Shown here: positions 46,345 to 57,134 of the stretch, in pieces
How positions within the stretch are numbered: position 1 is the first letter of the stretch
Layout of the letters: every line of letters begins with the position of its first letter
From: an uncultured bacterium
Lineage (GTDB): Bacteria > Babelota > Babeliae > Babelales > Vermiphilaceae
Reading direction: 5' to 3'
Assembly (NCBI GenBank): GCA_963695335.1
Contig: OY968764.1
Coordinates: 128,001 to 192,000 of the forward strand
DNA length: 64,000 nucleotides
The notes under the pieces: generated by a model
Databases searched by the model: none
What the model was told of the DNA's origin: nothing
What the model saw: the letters and a program-made list of their open reading frames with translations, nothing else
Position numbers and translations under genes: made by a program

Positions 46345-47253
46345 CTACTTACCAAATTTCGCGTTATATTGCACACTTTTAAGACTTGCCAAAGCTTCAT
46401 GAAGATAGCAAATATCACTCAATAGCTGATAATCTTTTATAGAAAAAACAGAATTATATATTTCATGACATAATATTTTAAGCAGCTGAGCATTATTATC
46501 ATCATTCTGTAAAGCAAGAGTGAGTAATGATGAAGCGTACGCATACTGCCTTAATGCTTTTTGCCATGTTGCATCTGTAGAAGATTGTCCTGAAAGTAAA
46601 CAATCCCTTTTCATGCTATATGCCAGAAGAGCACACAAACCTTCTTGAGCATCTTTAGACAACTGTTCTATTGATTGCACATTAACACCAATACATGCTG
46701 GAACAATTTTAGATACAGATCGTGCTTCATCTCTATGACGGTCAAAGAAAAACACATTAAGATCACAATGCTTAACTGATACTACATTAACTGCATTTGG
46801 ATTAAAACCATTATACACAAGACTTTTTTTGAGCATCACTATAAAATCTCCGGGTATACGGCTATCATGCACAATGCCATGAAACTCAAAGTCATTATTA
46901 TTGTGTTGTATATATTGATCAAATATGTGCGTTTCTTGTATACAACGATTCCATTCTTCATCAGACAGACCATGCCTTTCTTTATATACTGAAAAAAAAT
47001 ATTCTTTGCGTTTGGCAAAATTTTGCCCAATCAGTTGTAAATTTTGTTGAATTATTTCTATTCCTAAAGACACATCCGATACATGCACATGCTTACGAAA
47101 ATTTTGCACAAATTTCTCATTCTTTTCATCAATCTGTTTAACCGCCTGAAAGTATGATAGTGCCGATAGCAGATCCGTTTCTTTTTCCATACAAAAAGTT
47201 TGTGCTGGTAAACATAAAAACGATATAACAACACATTGTTTTAATAATTGCAT
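46345..47253 (-). CDS. Hypothetical exported protein
   Basis: GAGGA RBS; MQLLKQCVVISFLCLPAQTFC-MEK. Confidence 0.7.
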   Translation of the reverse strand: MQLLKQCVVISFLCLPAQTFCMEKETDLLSALSYFQAVKQIDEKNEKFVQNFRKHVHVSDVSLGIEIIQQNLQLIGQNFAKRKEYFFSVYKERHGLSDEEWNRCIQETHIFDQYIQHNNNDFEFHGIVHDSRIPGDFIVMLKKSLVYNGFNPNAVNVVSVKHCDLNVFFFDRHRDEARSVSKIVPACIGVNVQSIEQLSKDAQEGLCALLAYSMKRDCLLSGQSSTDATWQKALRQYAYASSLLTLALQNDDNNAQLLKILCHEIYNSVFSIKDYQLLSDICYLHEALASLKSVQYNAKFGK

Positions 47254-47445
47254 AAAAATTCCTCTTATTTTATGGAAAGAAAAATAACATATGCATATAA
47301 TGTAGTTTTTATCACATTTTTTGTAAAATAATAGTAAGTGCTTATTTACTTTTACCCCACCATACCCTACACACCTTGCCATTTTGTCCCAAAATTTATA
47401 TTATAGAAATAGTTGCATAATCAATTCTTGTTGTCGGGGGGACAC

Positions 47446-47706
47446 ATGAAAAAACAAATTCTCATGATTACTATCAGCCTTTGTAGCCTGACATGGGCAA
47501 TGGAACACAAAGCTAAACCAACAAATAAATCTCATCAATCTGACCTAATTCAACCTCTTTTTAAACCTACTCCACGTCAATCAATGGAGCGTGAACAAGA
47601 AGCCGACATTCTTTTTAAAAAACTACCAAGTCACACCACATTAAACACCACATCACTCCACCAAACATCTCTTTTTACTGTTCATTGCGATCGTGCAAAA
47701 TTATAA
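47446..47706 (+). CDS. Small exported protein ending -RAKL
   Basis: GGGGGA RBS; MKKQILMITISLCSLTWA-MEH; C-terminus CDRAKL. Confidence 0.6.
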   Translation: MKKQILMITISLCSLTWAMEHKAKPTNKSHQSDLIQPLFKPTPRQSMEREQEADILFKKLPSHTTLNTTSLHQTSLFTVHCDRAKL

Positions 47707-47799
47707 AACATTTTACGATCAGTCGCTTGTTCCAGGCGTTATATTAGTATATCCTAATACCACATTATTTAATTTTATCCCTTTATAACTGGAACAGAT

Positions 47800-48066
47800 A
47801 TGAAAATATATATAATTTTTGCTGCAATATTTTTCTGCACTCATGCATTAGGAATGGAACATACAAACGAACTTCAAAATCACTCTTTAGATGGTCAAAC
47901 TCTTAAAATTATTCATGAAGCATCTGGATATAATACAGACAAAGCAATTTGGGAAATCGATGCTTATTTTACTTACAGAAAAACATACTTTATTCGCAGA
48001 AAATGCACACTTAGAAGATTACTGTCACCTTGTCGCTATCTCAACCCATTCCGCGCAAAACTATAG
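47800..48066 (+). CDS. Small exported protein ending -RAKL
   Basis: MKIYIIFAAIFFCTHALG-MEH; C-terminus PFRAKL. Confidence 0.6.
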   Translation: MKIYIIFAAIFFCTHALGMEHTNELQNHSLDGQTLKIIHEASGYNTDKAIWEIDAYFTYRKTYFIRRKCTLRRLLSPCRYLNPFRAKL

Positions 48067-48128
48067 TTCTTTCTCCACAAAATAGTTTTTAATGAACAAT
48101 ATTATAAAAAATTAAAAAAGGAGAAAAA

Positions 48129-50231
48129 ATGACAAAAAACAGTCGTAGTGTACTATTTTTGAGTATAGTTATTGTTTTTCTAGCAACGCTCAGTTATTGC
48201 TCAAAAACAAAAGATATGGATAAAAAAATGATTAATAAAGCTTTTAATACCGCTGACATTATCTCTCTTTTTGCTCTCAGTGTTGAAGATATTGCCACCA
48301 AAACACCGCAATATATTGAAGAAACAAAACAGATCATTGATGCAATTATTGCAATTCCCGATGATCAACGTACATTTGCAAACACCGCAAAGGCACTTGA
48401 TGAAGCATACTCACTCTCCAACCTTGGAATCATACAACATGTCTATGGAGCACTCGAACTGTTAAGCCCTGATGCAAACATTCGCAATGCAGCACATGAT
48501 GCAAGTTTACAGATACAAGCATTTTGGGTTGATTATGTAAGCAGCAACAAAGCTCTCTACAACGCTTTTGTTGCATACGAATCTCGCACAAAAGAAAATG
48601 AAAATCTTACCGCGCAACAACGCTATTTTATTGCAAACACCTTGGATGATTTTAAACGGGAAGGTCTTGCGCTTCCTGATGAAACACTTACTCAAGTTAA
48701 AACATTACGCAAAGAGCTAGCGGCATTATGTGCAGACTTTGACCGCAATATAGCGGAAGATAATAGAACAATTGCTGTGACACAACAAGATCTTGCTGGT
48801 GTAGATGCAGACTTTATCGCAACACTCAAAACCACAGATGATGGCCTTTATATACTCGGCGTTGATTACCCAACCTATTTTAAAGTAATGGAAAACTGTT
48901 CTATTGCAGCTACACGTAAAAATCTTTATACCGCATTCAACAACCGCGCATACCCTGCCAATGATGCATTACTCACAGCAATCATAGAGAAACGTGATGA
49001 ACTTGCACAGTTGCTTGGATATATTGATTTTGCACATTGCGATATTGATGATCAAATGGCTCATGCACCAGAAAGAGCTCAAGCATTTATTGATGATCTT
49101 GCACAAAAGGCATCTGCAAAAGCACAAGCAGAAATTGCGCTGCTCACGCAAGAATTACCAGCATCAGTTGAACTTACTGCTGATGGAAAATTGCAACCAT
49201 GGGATTTGGGATATCTTGAAAACAACTATAAAAAAAGCAACTTCAATCTTGATGAACAAAAAATAGCTGAATACTTCCCTATGGAAAACAGCATCAATGA
49301 ACTCCTTGATATTTATCGTCAATTTTTAAGTATTGAATTTGAAGAAGTTCCTGCACAAGGTTTATGGCATGAAGACACCAGCGTTGTTCGTGTATTTAAC
49401 AAAGGAAAAACTGAATTACTTGGCACACTCATTCTTGATCTTTTCCCGCGCCCTAATAAATACAGTCACGCAGCACACACAACCATTATTCCTGCTACAT
49501 ACAAATTAGATGGTACTCGTGTTCCCGATGTTTCTATTGTGATGGCAAACTTCACGAAGGCAACACCAACTAAACCTTCACTGCTCAAACGTGATGAAGT
49601 CAAAACATTCTTCCATGAGTTTGGCCATGCATTGCATGCAATCTTAGGAGCTACAGAAATTGCATGTCTTTCTGGAACCAGCACAAAAAGAGATTTTGTG
49701 GAACTTCCTTCACAAATGCTGGAAGAATGGTTACATGATAAAGATATGTTAAAAAAAGTGAGCAAGCATTATATCACTGGTCAACCATTGCCTGATGAAA
49801 TCATAGATGCCATTTTGCAGCTCAAAAATTTAACAACTGGATACTTTGTTGTCCGCCAAGCATATCTTTCGTCTATAGCCCTATCTTATTTCAAAAAAGG
49901 GGTTAATAAAAACCCATACGCCATCATGGAACAACTCTACACAAGTATGCTGCCATACATTGCGTTCAGTGAAGACAATCATTTTTATGCATCGTTTGGT
50001 CATTTAACAGGCTACAGTGCAAAATATTATGGATATCTGTGGTCTAAAGTATTTGCACTTGATCTCTTTGCAACCATCAAAGAACATGGCCTGCTTAACC
50101 CTGAAATTGGTCAAAAATATGTTACTGAAGTGATTGGCAAAGGTGGCGCACAAAACCCTAACGAACTGTTGTATAACTTCTTAGGGCGTGAGCCAAATGC
50201 ACAGGCGTTTTTGCAAGATATGGGGTTATAA
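48129..50231 (+). CDS. M3A metallopeptidase (thimet oligopeptidase/oligopeptidase A-like)
   Basis: FHEFGHALH, DFVELPSQMLEEW, YYGYLWS, FLGREP; N-terminal hydrophobic segment. Confidence 0.93.
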   Translation: MTKNSRSVLFLSIVIVFLATLSYCSKTKDMDKKMINKAFNTADIISLFALSVEDIATKTPQYIEETKQIIDAIIAIPDDQRTFANTAKALDEAYSLSNLGIIQHVYGALELLSPDANIRNAAHDASLQIQAFWVDYVSSNKALYNAFVAYESRTKENENLTAQQRYFIANTLDDFKREGLALPDETLTQVKTLRKELAALCADFDRNIAEDNRTIAVTQQDLAGVDADFIATLKTTDDGLYILGVDYPTYFKVMENCSIAATRKNLYTAFNNRAYPANDALLTAIIEKRDELAQLLGYIDFAHCDIDDQMAHAPERAQAFIDDLAQKASAKAQAEIALLTQELPASVELTADGKLQPWDLGYLENNYKKSNFNLDEQKIAEYFPMENSINELLDIYRQFLSIEFEEVPAQGLWHEDTSVVRVFNKGKTELLGTLILDLFPRPNKYSHAAHTTIIPATYKLDGTRVPDVSIVMANFTKATPTKPSLLKRDEVKTFFHEFGHALHAILGATEIACLSGTSTKRDFVELPSQMLEEWLHDKDMLKKVSKHYITGQPLPDEIIDAILQLKNLTTGYFVVRQAYLSSIALSYFKKGVNKNPYAIMEQLYTSMLPYIAFSEDNHFYASFGHLTGYSAKYYGYLWSKVFALDLFATIKEHGLLNPEIGQKYVTEVIGKGGAQNPNELLYNFLGREPNAQAFLQDMGL

Positions 50232-50310
50232 GAACGATTTAATGAACCCTTTTGACGGTTCCTCTTATTACAATTAAACTTAGAGAGAATCTAGAATTTG
50301 AGTTATTTTA

Positions 50311-50450
50311 CCCGCTCGCCCTGAGTGTTTTACGTAGTGAAACGAAGTAAAATGTATCGAAGGGTGCAACATATAAAAGACTTGAGATTATTAATTTTCC
50401 GCCTAACCCTTCGATACATTTTTGAGGACAAAAACACTCAGGGCGAGCGG
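50311..50450. repeat. Long-form family A doublet, inverted near-copy of 3963-4111
   Basis: 50311-50369 matches the reverse complement of 4053-4111 with one mismatch. Confidence 0.88.
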
Positions 50451-50530
50451 TAGAAGACAATAAGTTATAAAAAATTAATTAGAATTTTCGGATAAGTTTT
50501 AACTATTTATTAACTATTTAGGGGGAATCT

Positions 50531-50962
50531 ATGAACAAGAAGAATATGCTTTTGACCGTTTTATGTGCTATCTCAGCAACGCAAATCACATTACCAGCTA
50601 AACCACAACAATCATCAAAAGAACCAAGTGAGTTGTATGCAACATTAATTTCTGGCGGAACGATTGGAAGTATCACAGGTTTACTTTCAGCATTTACAGT
50701 GGCAAAATCGATAACTCTTGCTGGTTCTATTATACAAAAGCACAATAATAAGGTCAGTGAAATCAGCTCATTCTTTACTTTTGGCGTAATTGTACCAATC
50801 TTAGCATTAATTTCAGAATACAAACTTCGATCAACATTGGTTAATGATATAAATCAAAACCTTTCAGAAAATGAAATACCACATAACAAAAACCTCATTC
50901 GAGATACAGCATGGATTGCTTCATGGATTGCATTCTTATCTTGCATAAATTTTGACAAGTAA
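50531..50962 (+). CDS. Hypothetical membrane protein
   Basis: GGGGGA RBS, signal peptide and hydrophobic helices, AWIASWIA. Confidence 0.7.
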   Translation: MNKKNMLLTVLCAISATQITLPAKPQQSSKEPSELYATLISGGTIGSITGLLSAFTVAKSITLAGSIIQKHNNKVSEISSFFTFGVIVPILALISEYKLRSTLVNDINQNLSENEIPHNKNLIRDTAWIASWIAFLSCINFDK

Positions 50963-50977
50963 CAAAAATACTGAAGT

Positions 50978-51007
50978 AAAAGGGCCAGCTACAAACCGGC
51001 CCTTTTT
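50978..51007. terminator. Bidirectional terminator
   Basis: AAAAGGGCC...GGCCCTTTTT between convergent genes. Confidence 0.7.
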
Positions 51008-51012
51008 ATTTG

Positions 51013-52659
51013 CTACTGATATTCAGGATCAAACAGATCAGGCAATATTTCATAGGTTGATGCGGATGGTTTAGGGACATTCAAAATTTCTGCTAATGTA
51101 TTAGCCAACTGCAATGCAACAACACGTTGTCTGACGTATTTACGTTCAAATTTACCTGGATAAAAAATAATCATTGGTACATGCGTATCATAACTGTACG
51201 GTGTTTTATGCTGTGCACCTTCGCTCCAATGAGTTATCATAGCATACGGCTCTGTCTGAATAATAATTGAACCACTGCGTCCTCTAAATAACTGTTTTTT
51301 TAAATGATCTTCTATGGTACCAGGCTGCGTTGGCAAATGAGTGAGTTCATCAAATACCCATGCATTTCTAATTCCTGGTACTTGCATCACATGCCATTTT
51401 ATATCATGCATCAAATTCATACGTTTTTGCGACTTAAGTTCATCTAAAGCATCATTCAACACCAACTCCTGACATTTATATCCAATGACTGCATTTTCTA
51501 CACCATATTTATCTTTAATTTTTTGATTAATACCATTGATCAATTCAATACGATCAATTCTGCGTGCTTGTGTTAAACCTTCTTGATGCAACAGCTGTGG
51601 AATTGGCATAACACCATGATCAGCAGTCAGCGCAAATATAACTTCATGTTTACCAATAACGCGTAATGTTTGGCGCATAAAGCGACGTATCTGTTTATCA
51701 AGATGATAAATCATATCAATCACTTCCCTACTTTGCGAGCCATATTTATGACCAACCTTATCGAGAGGACTTAAACAAACCCACAACAGCAAGCGATCTC
51801 TATGTTTTCTACTCACATACTGTTGTATACATGTTTGCGCACAATCAAGAATATGCTGATTAGCTTGCGGTGATCTTTCAAAAAGATGATACTTTTCTTC
51901 GTGTGATTCATCACATATCGGTAATCTTTGATTTATCATTGATTGCGAACGGGTATAATCATAATTGTCGATATTAAAAAAATTATAAGCACGTGGACTT
52001 TGTGGATACATAAGTCTCCAGGTGAATGAACTTTTTTTGTTAATATCATTCTCTGCATTAAACTGCTGCAACCATTCAGGCAAGCTATCAAAATATGCTT
52101 TACTCGAAGTAAACAGTCCCGTCTCTTCATCAAACCATACCGCTTTTCCAAGTTTGCCTGCAGTACCAATTGCTGAACGGCTTTTACCCGAAATACTATA
52201 CACTTCAAAATTACTAAACGGTTGAGATTGCAATGCACACTGGTCAGACAAACCATCAACCATTAAACGATGCGGTGATCTGCCAAAATCATGCATACCA
52301 TCCCGCGCAAACACAAGCGCATCACCTGAAAAATCACTATCGCATTTAATTTTTTTTCCATTTTCATACCATGCATTTGATACAAAACCATGATCTTTTG
52401 CACAGGTACCTGTATTCAAACCGGCATGCCCTGTTGCGGTTCCTGCTTGCGCATGAGGCATAAACGCATTCGTGTACACAACACCATTATCAAGTAAATA
52501 CCGCAAGCCATGCTTTAACTGTGGATATAATTTATTAATATAATGATATGCAAATTGATCGATAACTAACACCACAGCTAAACGTGGCGGACGAGTGTTG
52601 TACCCCTGCATCAGCGCAGGAATAAATAAACTACACAACAAAACTGCATACTTTTTCAT
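51013..52659 (-). CDS. Alkaline phosphatase superfamily (PafA/NPP-like)
   Basis: VVLVIDQF, TATGHA, SGKSRSA, LDKVGHKYG, TADHG, HKTPYSYDTHVP. Confidence 0.88.
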   Translation of the reverse strand: MKKYAVLLCSLFIPALMQGYNTRPPRLAVVLVIDQFAYHYINKLYPQLKHGLRYLLDNGVVYTNAFMPHAQAGTATGHAGLNTGTCAKDHGFVSNAWYENGKKIKCDSDFSGDALVFARDGMHDFGRSPHRLMVDGLSDQCALQSQPFSNFEVYSISGKSRSAIGTAGKLGKAVWFDEETGLFTSSKAYFDSLPEWLQQFNAENDINKKSSFTWRLMYPQSPRAYNFFNIDNYDYTRSQSMINQRLPICDESHEEKYHLFERSPQANQHILDCAQTCIQQYVSRKHRDRLLLWVCLSPLDKVGHKYGSQSREVIDMIYHLDKQIRRFMRQTLRVIGKHEVIFALTADHGVMPIPQLLHQEGLTQARRIDRIELINGINQKIKDKYGVENAVIGYKCQELVLNDALDELKSQKRMNLMHDIKWHVMQVPGIRNAWVFDELTHLPTQPGTIEDHLKKQLFRGRSGSIIIQTEPYAMITHWSEGAQHKTPYSYDTHVPMIIFYPGKFERKYVRQRVVALQLANTLAEILNVPKPSASTYEILPDLFDPEYQ

Positions 52660-52832
52660 CTTCCCCTCCCCAATTTTTCATAAAAAAACACCCTAATTTG
52701 TTTCTTTTTGCAAATTAAATGTAACACATTATATATTCTCAAAGAAAGATATTTATTATTTTTACATAGCACTAGCATGATTACTTCTTGTACGTTAGGC
52801 TTATTACATACATGTATAAAGGAGTAAATCTC

Positions 52833-53423
52833 GTGTTTTTAGGTTCTGTGGGTATTATTTTAAAAAAAAGTAGAACATCCCCATTTAAAATGGTAATTTT
52901 AGATAAAGTTCATGGAAAAATTGAATGTATCGCAACAACGCCATCTTTATCAATAGGGGCCCTCATTACCTACAACGTGCAAGAGCAACGCTCTCATCAT
53001 TTTATCAGCGATAGCACCCTCTTATATATTCCACTTTCCCTTGCTCAAACTGATATGCTTTTTTTTCATCATGTACTAGAGCTCATTGACAACTTTACGC
53101 ACATAGGCAACTGCTCAGAAGAAACATTTGATCTCATGGCATTTTTGTATTCAGCCGAACATCACACCATGACAACTCAATCTAAAAAACTGTTTTTACT
53201 CAAATTACTCACGAGTATGGGCTGCGTGCCAGAAATCAATGAAATACGCACAGAATGCATCACAAAACTCAACACTCTTGCTATACAAGAGCTCAGTGAG
53301 ATGATACTTGATACAGTATATGAAAAAGAGTTGGATAGATGGTTGTGGTGTTGCATTTGGCAACATCCATACGTTAATGAATTTAAAACGGTTCATTTTT
53401 TAGCAGAAAATAGGACATCATGA
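52833..53423 (+). CDS. RecO-like DNA repair protein (divergent)
   Basis: GGAG RBS + GTG; GIILKK..VILDKVHGKI OB-like start, HHVLELI, FLLKLLTSMGCVP resemble RecO. Confidence 0.5.
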   Translation: MFLGSVGIILKKSRTSPFKMVILDKVHGKIECIATTPSLSIGALITYNVQEQRSHHFISDSTLLYIPLSLAQTDMLFFHHVLELIDNFTHIGNCSEETFDLMAFLYSAEHHTMTTQSKKLFLLKLLTSMGCVPEINEIRTECITKLNTLAIQELSEMILDTVYEKELDRWLWCCIWQHPYVNEFKTVHFLAENRTS

Positions 53424-56400
53424 AGATGATAAATAAAGTTTCTCTTACAGTTCTTCTGGTAATACCCTCTCTATCTTTTGGCGGGGATTTTTTAAAACAG
53501 TTTATAAAAAGCGATTCTAGCCAGAAATTTTTTGTTGGCGTTATCGAAGAAAAGCAAAAACTGTTAGAAGAGCTCGAAAAAGAACAAACAGAGCAAGCAA
53601 CTTCCAATAAAGCTTTTACTGAAAAAATATCCCGCCAAATCGAAGAGACAAAAACCTTACTCATCAACGTAGAGAGTGGGTTACAAAAAACTCCTGATGA
53701 TGATTTTTTAATAAAACAACAACTGATACTTAAAGAATCAGATCAAGTTCTAAAAGATACACAACGTATACATGATGATACCAACTCTCTTTTGAATGAA
53801 ACTATTACACAACTCAAATCTTTTCTTGATGACCCCCATTTTGAAGCGTTCAGAAAAAAAAACAAATTAAATGAACGGCTTTATTACTCTTTTGACGATT
53901 TGCAATCTTTGCATGATCATATATTGGATTATGAACAACGCGTTGTTCAATTAACTGACCAAGAAAAAAGCCTTAAAGTTGAACGTGAAAGTCGCAAACG
54001 CACCGTAACAACACTCCAAGAAGAGTATGAAAAACGTCAACAAGATATCAAGCTGTACACAGAGGCTGTTGCGGCCAATGCTGCGCTCAGCTCAGATGAA
54101 CATGAAAAAGAGATCATCAAGCTTGAAGATCATCTCTATAAGTATAAAAAGCAGCTTGCTGATATACGATTTAAAGAAAGTAGTAATCGGTTAAAACTAC
54201 TTGATTTACAGCTTTTTATAGCAAAATCGCATCTTGATCTCTTTAAAAAACAGCTGCGCATCGTTAAATCAGCAATTCACGTGAGTGAAGCGGATATCAC
54301 ATTCACGGAAGAAGAGTTAGCCAAAGAACAAAAAACTTATTTTTCACACAAAGATAGTTTACGCCAAGATCGTGAAAGAATTATCAATCTCCAAAAGCAT
54401 AAAGAAAAAGAGCTTGCTGAACTGAGCAAACAACTCTCTATTCCTCTCGGCGCTGAACTAGATGAATGGAGCAAAAAACCAAAACAAACATCAGACTCTT
54501 ACATTGGCCTTGCTCATATCGGTGCGCTCAATGCAGAAGTTATGCTATGCACCAAAGAAAAGGATCTTCTGGACGCCCATTTATCTCTTGAAGAAGAAAA
54601 ATTTAATTATAAAAAAATAAAAACTGAAGCAAAAATCACCTATCACAAAATTTCTACCCGCGGTTTTTTAACTGAGGAAGAAATTGCCAAAGAGCGCACA
54701 GAATACGAAACAAAGAAAAAAATTGCTGAAGAAAACAGTAAACTGTATCAAACCAAAATGAATGCGGTTGCTAACTCTCTCAATCAACTTAAAAAAGTTC
54801 TTGATAGAGTCAACACATTCCGCGAAGATACGGAAAAACAGGCCGATCTTATCTTTAAAAATAAAATTAAAGAACATCATCAATTTATTACCTACATTGC
54901 TCATGCTGATAGAGCGATTAAAAAACAGATTGATATTCTGGGAAAACTCACTGGCATCTATTCAGGAATCATCGCTGAAATTAATAGCACCGTACGACTC
55001 ATTGATTTTATCAGTACCGAACTGCAAGCAAGTACCATTTGGTACCGCCCTGCATACGCAATTACCCTTGAGGGTGTCAAAAACATCATCGCTGACACCA
55101 AAGCATTCTTTAATGATATTCGTATCTACCTGGCCAAATTTAGCAGCAAAATATTGGTGACTCATCTGTATGAAGGTTTCTCACGTCCACTCAACCTTCT
55201 TTTTTTACTGTTTACGCTCATGCTTTTGGTAGGATCTTTTCTTTTCACCAAACGGTATCAAACACAATTGCTACATCTGACATTCGTTACCAGTAATGAT
55301 TACGGCATGTTAGTCAGTATGGCAGGATTTATAGCCGGCACATGCATCATGTTTATTAATACATTCAACCGAACTATTTTTATATGGGCAGCGATAGGAC
55401 TATTCTGCTACATTATTCCTGATAATTATCTTTTTATTCTCTTTTATTTGCTGTCTATTCCGTATCTTTTATATCTCTCACAACGTTTTATGAAAATGCT
55501 CATTGCACTCAATGAACAATACAATTACGTACTCCTTTCTGAAGATTTTCAACGCCGATTTGAATTAGTATTTTCCACGCTTATATATCTGACGATTATT
55601 GTATTTTTCTTCCGCCAAGCATTTATGCTTTCTCCAGTACATTTGCGATCAGAACTATCTAATATTTTACTCGCGATTAATTTTATTATTTTGCAAATTT
55701 CATTAATCTTGCTGATCACTAAAGAACAGATTGTGGGCATTATTCCCGATTCATCCGATGTATGGCGCTGGGTACACAGCCATGTTGATCATTACTACTA
55801 TCTGATTCTCTTTTTTGTTGTTGCTATAATCATCATGAGTAACCCATATGTTGGGTTTGGCAGATTGGTGCTTTACTTGCTTTCTGGCACCATCTACATG
55901 GCAATTCTTATTAAACTACTCTCTTTACTCCATGATTTTGTTAAAAAAAGCACATCATTAATCTTCTTTTCACAAGAAGACACCATTATTAGAGAACGCT
56001 TTTCATATGCAAAGACTTATTTTGGATTGGTTATTATTGCATCATTTGTCATTCTAGGATTCATTGGATTTATTGCTACTGCAAAAATATGGGGATGGGA
56101 TGTCAGTTTGACTGACCTCAAACAATGGCTCAAAGCACCACTACTCCTTGAAGACACAGTACACCCTATCAGTATCACATCATTACTTAAAATTATTGCG
56201 TTTATTATTGGTGGTCTTGCCATTGCATATTCACTCCGCCAATACGTTCTTGCCCGTATCTTTGATCTTTTATTAGTTGAATCAGGAGTTCAGCACACCG
56301 TTAACAGTATTTTGCAATATATTGTTATTATTATTGCAGTCTTTTTTGCATTCAATAGCGTGGGGTTAGGATCTTTAATCGGTAATGCCTTCATTGCATT

Positions 56401-57037
56401 AGCACTTGGTATTGGGTTGTATCTTAAAGATCCAATTAGTGATTTTATTTCTTATTTTGTGATCTTAGTGCAACGTCCGGTGAAAATTGGTGATTATATT
56501 AAAATTGATGAAGAAACCATGGGTGTTGTGCGCAAAATTACTCCACGCGCGGTGATTTTACGCAGAAAAAATAGCACATCTATTATTGTTCCCAACACCT
56601 ATATCGTGAGTAAATCAATAGAGAATTGGAACTATGTTCGTAATTTTATTGCACTTAATGATATCACGTTGTTTGTCTATTTCAGGGAAGATGCTCACAA
56701 AATAAAATCGTTGTTACTTTCAGCGGTTGAAGAGCATCCCAATGTTCTTAAAAACCCACGCCCTGTTATCCGTCTGAACAATTTTACTGAATATGGTTTT
56801 GAATTTATGGTGCGCTGCTTTGTCAGCTCTGCTTACACTCTAGAAATGTGGGATTTAACGAGTGATATCCGTTTACTCATTGCAAAAGCGTTCAGAGAAA
56901 ACAGTATCGACTTTGCAATTCCTATGTACAAAGTTGATGAGTTCGGCAACTATTTTGAAAGTAAAATTAAAGAAAAAGATAACGATCACCCGACACATCA
57001 TGGCATTATTAATGATGGGAAGGTAAGAAAAGAATAA
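53420..57037 (+). CDS. Large mechanosensitive channel (MscS family, MscK-like architecture)
   Basis: Long N-terminal coiled coil, multiple TMs, ALGIGLYLKD, RPVKIGDYI, IIVPN, IENWN, VLKNPRP. Confidence 0.9.
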   Translation: MKMINKVSLTVLLVIPSLSFGGDFLKQFIKSDSSQKFFVGVIEEKQKLLEELEKEQTEQATSNKAFTEKISRQIEETKTLLINVESGLQKTPDDDFLIKQQLILKESDQVLKDTQRIHDDTNSLLNETITQLKSFLDDPHFEAFRKKNKLNERLYYSFDDLQSLHDHILDYEQRVVQLTDQEKSLKVERESRKRTVTTLQEEYEKRQQDIKLYTEAVAANAALSSDEHEKEIIKLEDHLYKYKKQLADIRFKESSNRLKLLDLQLFIAKSHLDLFKKQLRIVKSAIHVSEADITFTEEELAKEQKTYFSHKDSLRQDRERIINLQKHKEKELAELSKQLSIPLGAELDEWSKKPKQTSDSYIGLAHIGALNAEVMLCTKEKDLLDAHLSLEEEKFNYKKIKTEAKITYHKISTRGFLTEEEIAKERTEYETKKKIAEENSKLYQTKMNAVANSLNQLKKVLDRVNTFREDTEKQADLIFKNKIKEHHQFITYIAHADRAIKKQIDILGKLTGIYSGIIAEINSTVRLIDFISTELQASTIWYRPAYAITLEGVKNIIADTKAFFNDIRIYLAKFSSKILVTHLYEGFSRPLNLLFLLFTLMLLVGSFLFTKRYQTQLLHLTFVTSNDYGMLVSMAGFIAGTCIMFINTFNRTIFIWAAIGLFCYIIPDNYLFILFYLLSIPYLLYLSQRFMKMLIALNEQYNYVLLSEDFQRRFELVFSTLIYLTIIVFFFRQAFMLSPVHLRSELSNILLAINFIILQISLILLITKEQIVGIIPDSSDVWRWVHSHVDHYYYLILFFVVAIIIMSNPYVGFGRLVLYLLSGTIYMAILIKLLSLLHDFVKKSTSLIFFSQEDTIIRERFSYAKTYFGLVIIASFVILGFIGFIATAKIWGWDVSLTDLKQWLKAPLLLEDTVHPISITSLLKIIAFIIGGLAIAYSLRQYVLARIFDLLLVESGVQHTVNSILQYIVIIIAVFFAFNSVGLGSLIGNAFIALALGIGLYLKDPISDFISYFVILVQRPVKIGDYIKIDEETMGVVRKITPRAVILRRKNSTSIIVPNTYIVSKSIENWNYVRNFIALNDITLFVYFREDAHKIKSLLLSAVEEHPNVLKNPRPVIRLNNFTEYGFEFMVRCFVSSAYTLEMWDLTSDIRLLIAKAFRENSIDFAIPMYKVDEFGNYFESKIKEKDNDHPTHHGIINDGKVRKE

Positions 57038-57041
57038 AATA

Positions 57042-57078
57042 AAATGCTGGGGTTATATAGACAATAACCCCAGCATTT
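57042..57078 (+). terminator. Hairpin/terminator after MscS
   Basis: AAATGCTGGGGTTAT/ATAACCCCAGCATTT perfect stem. Confidence 0.7.
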
Positions 57079-57134
57079 GCTATAAAACATACGATTCTCA
57101 TCTACTATAAACCATTTCAAAAAAAGAGATCGTT

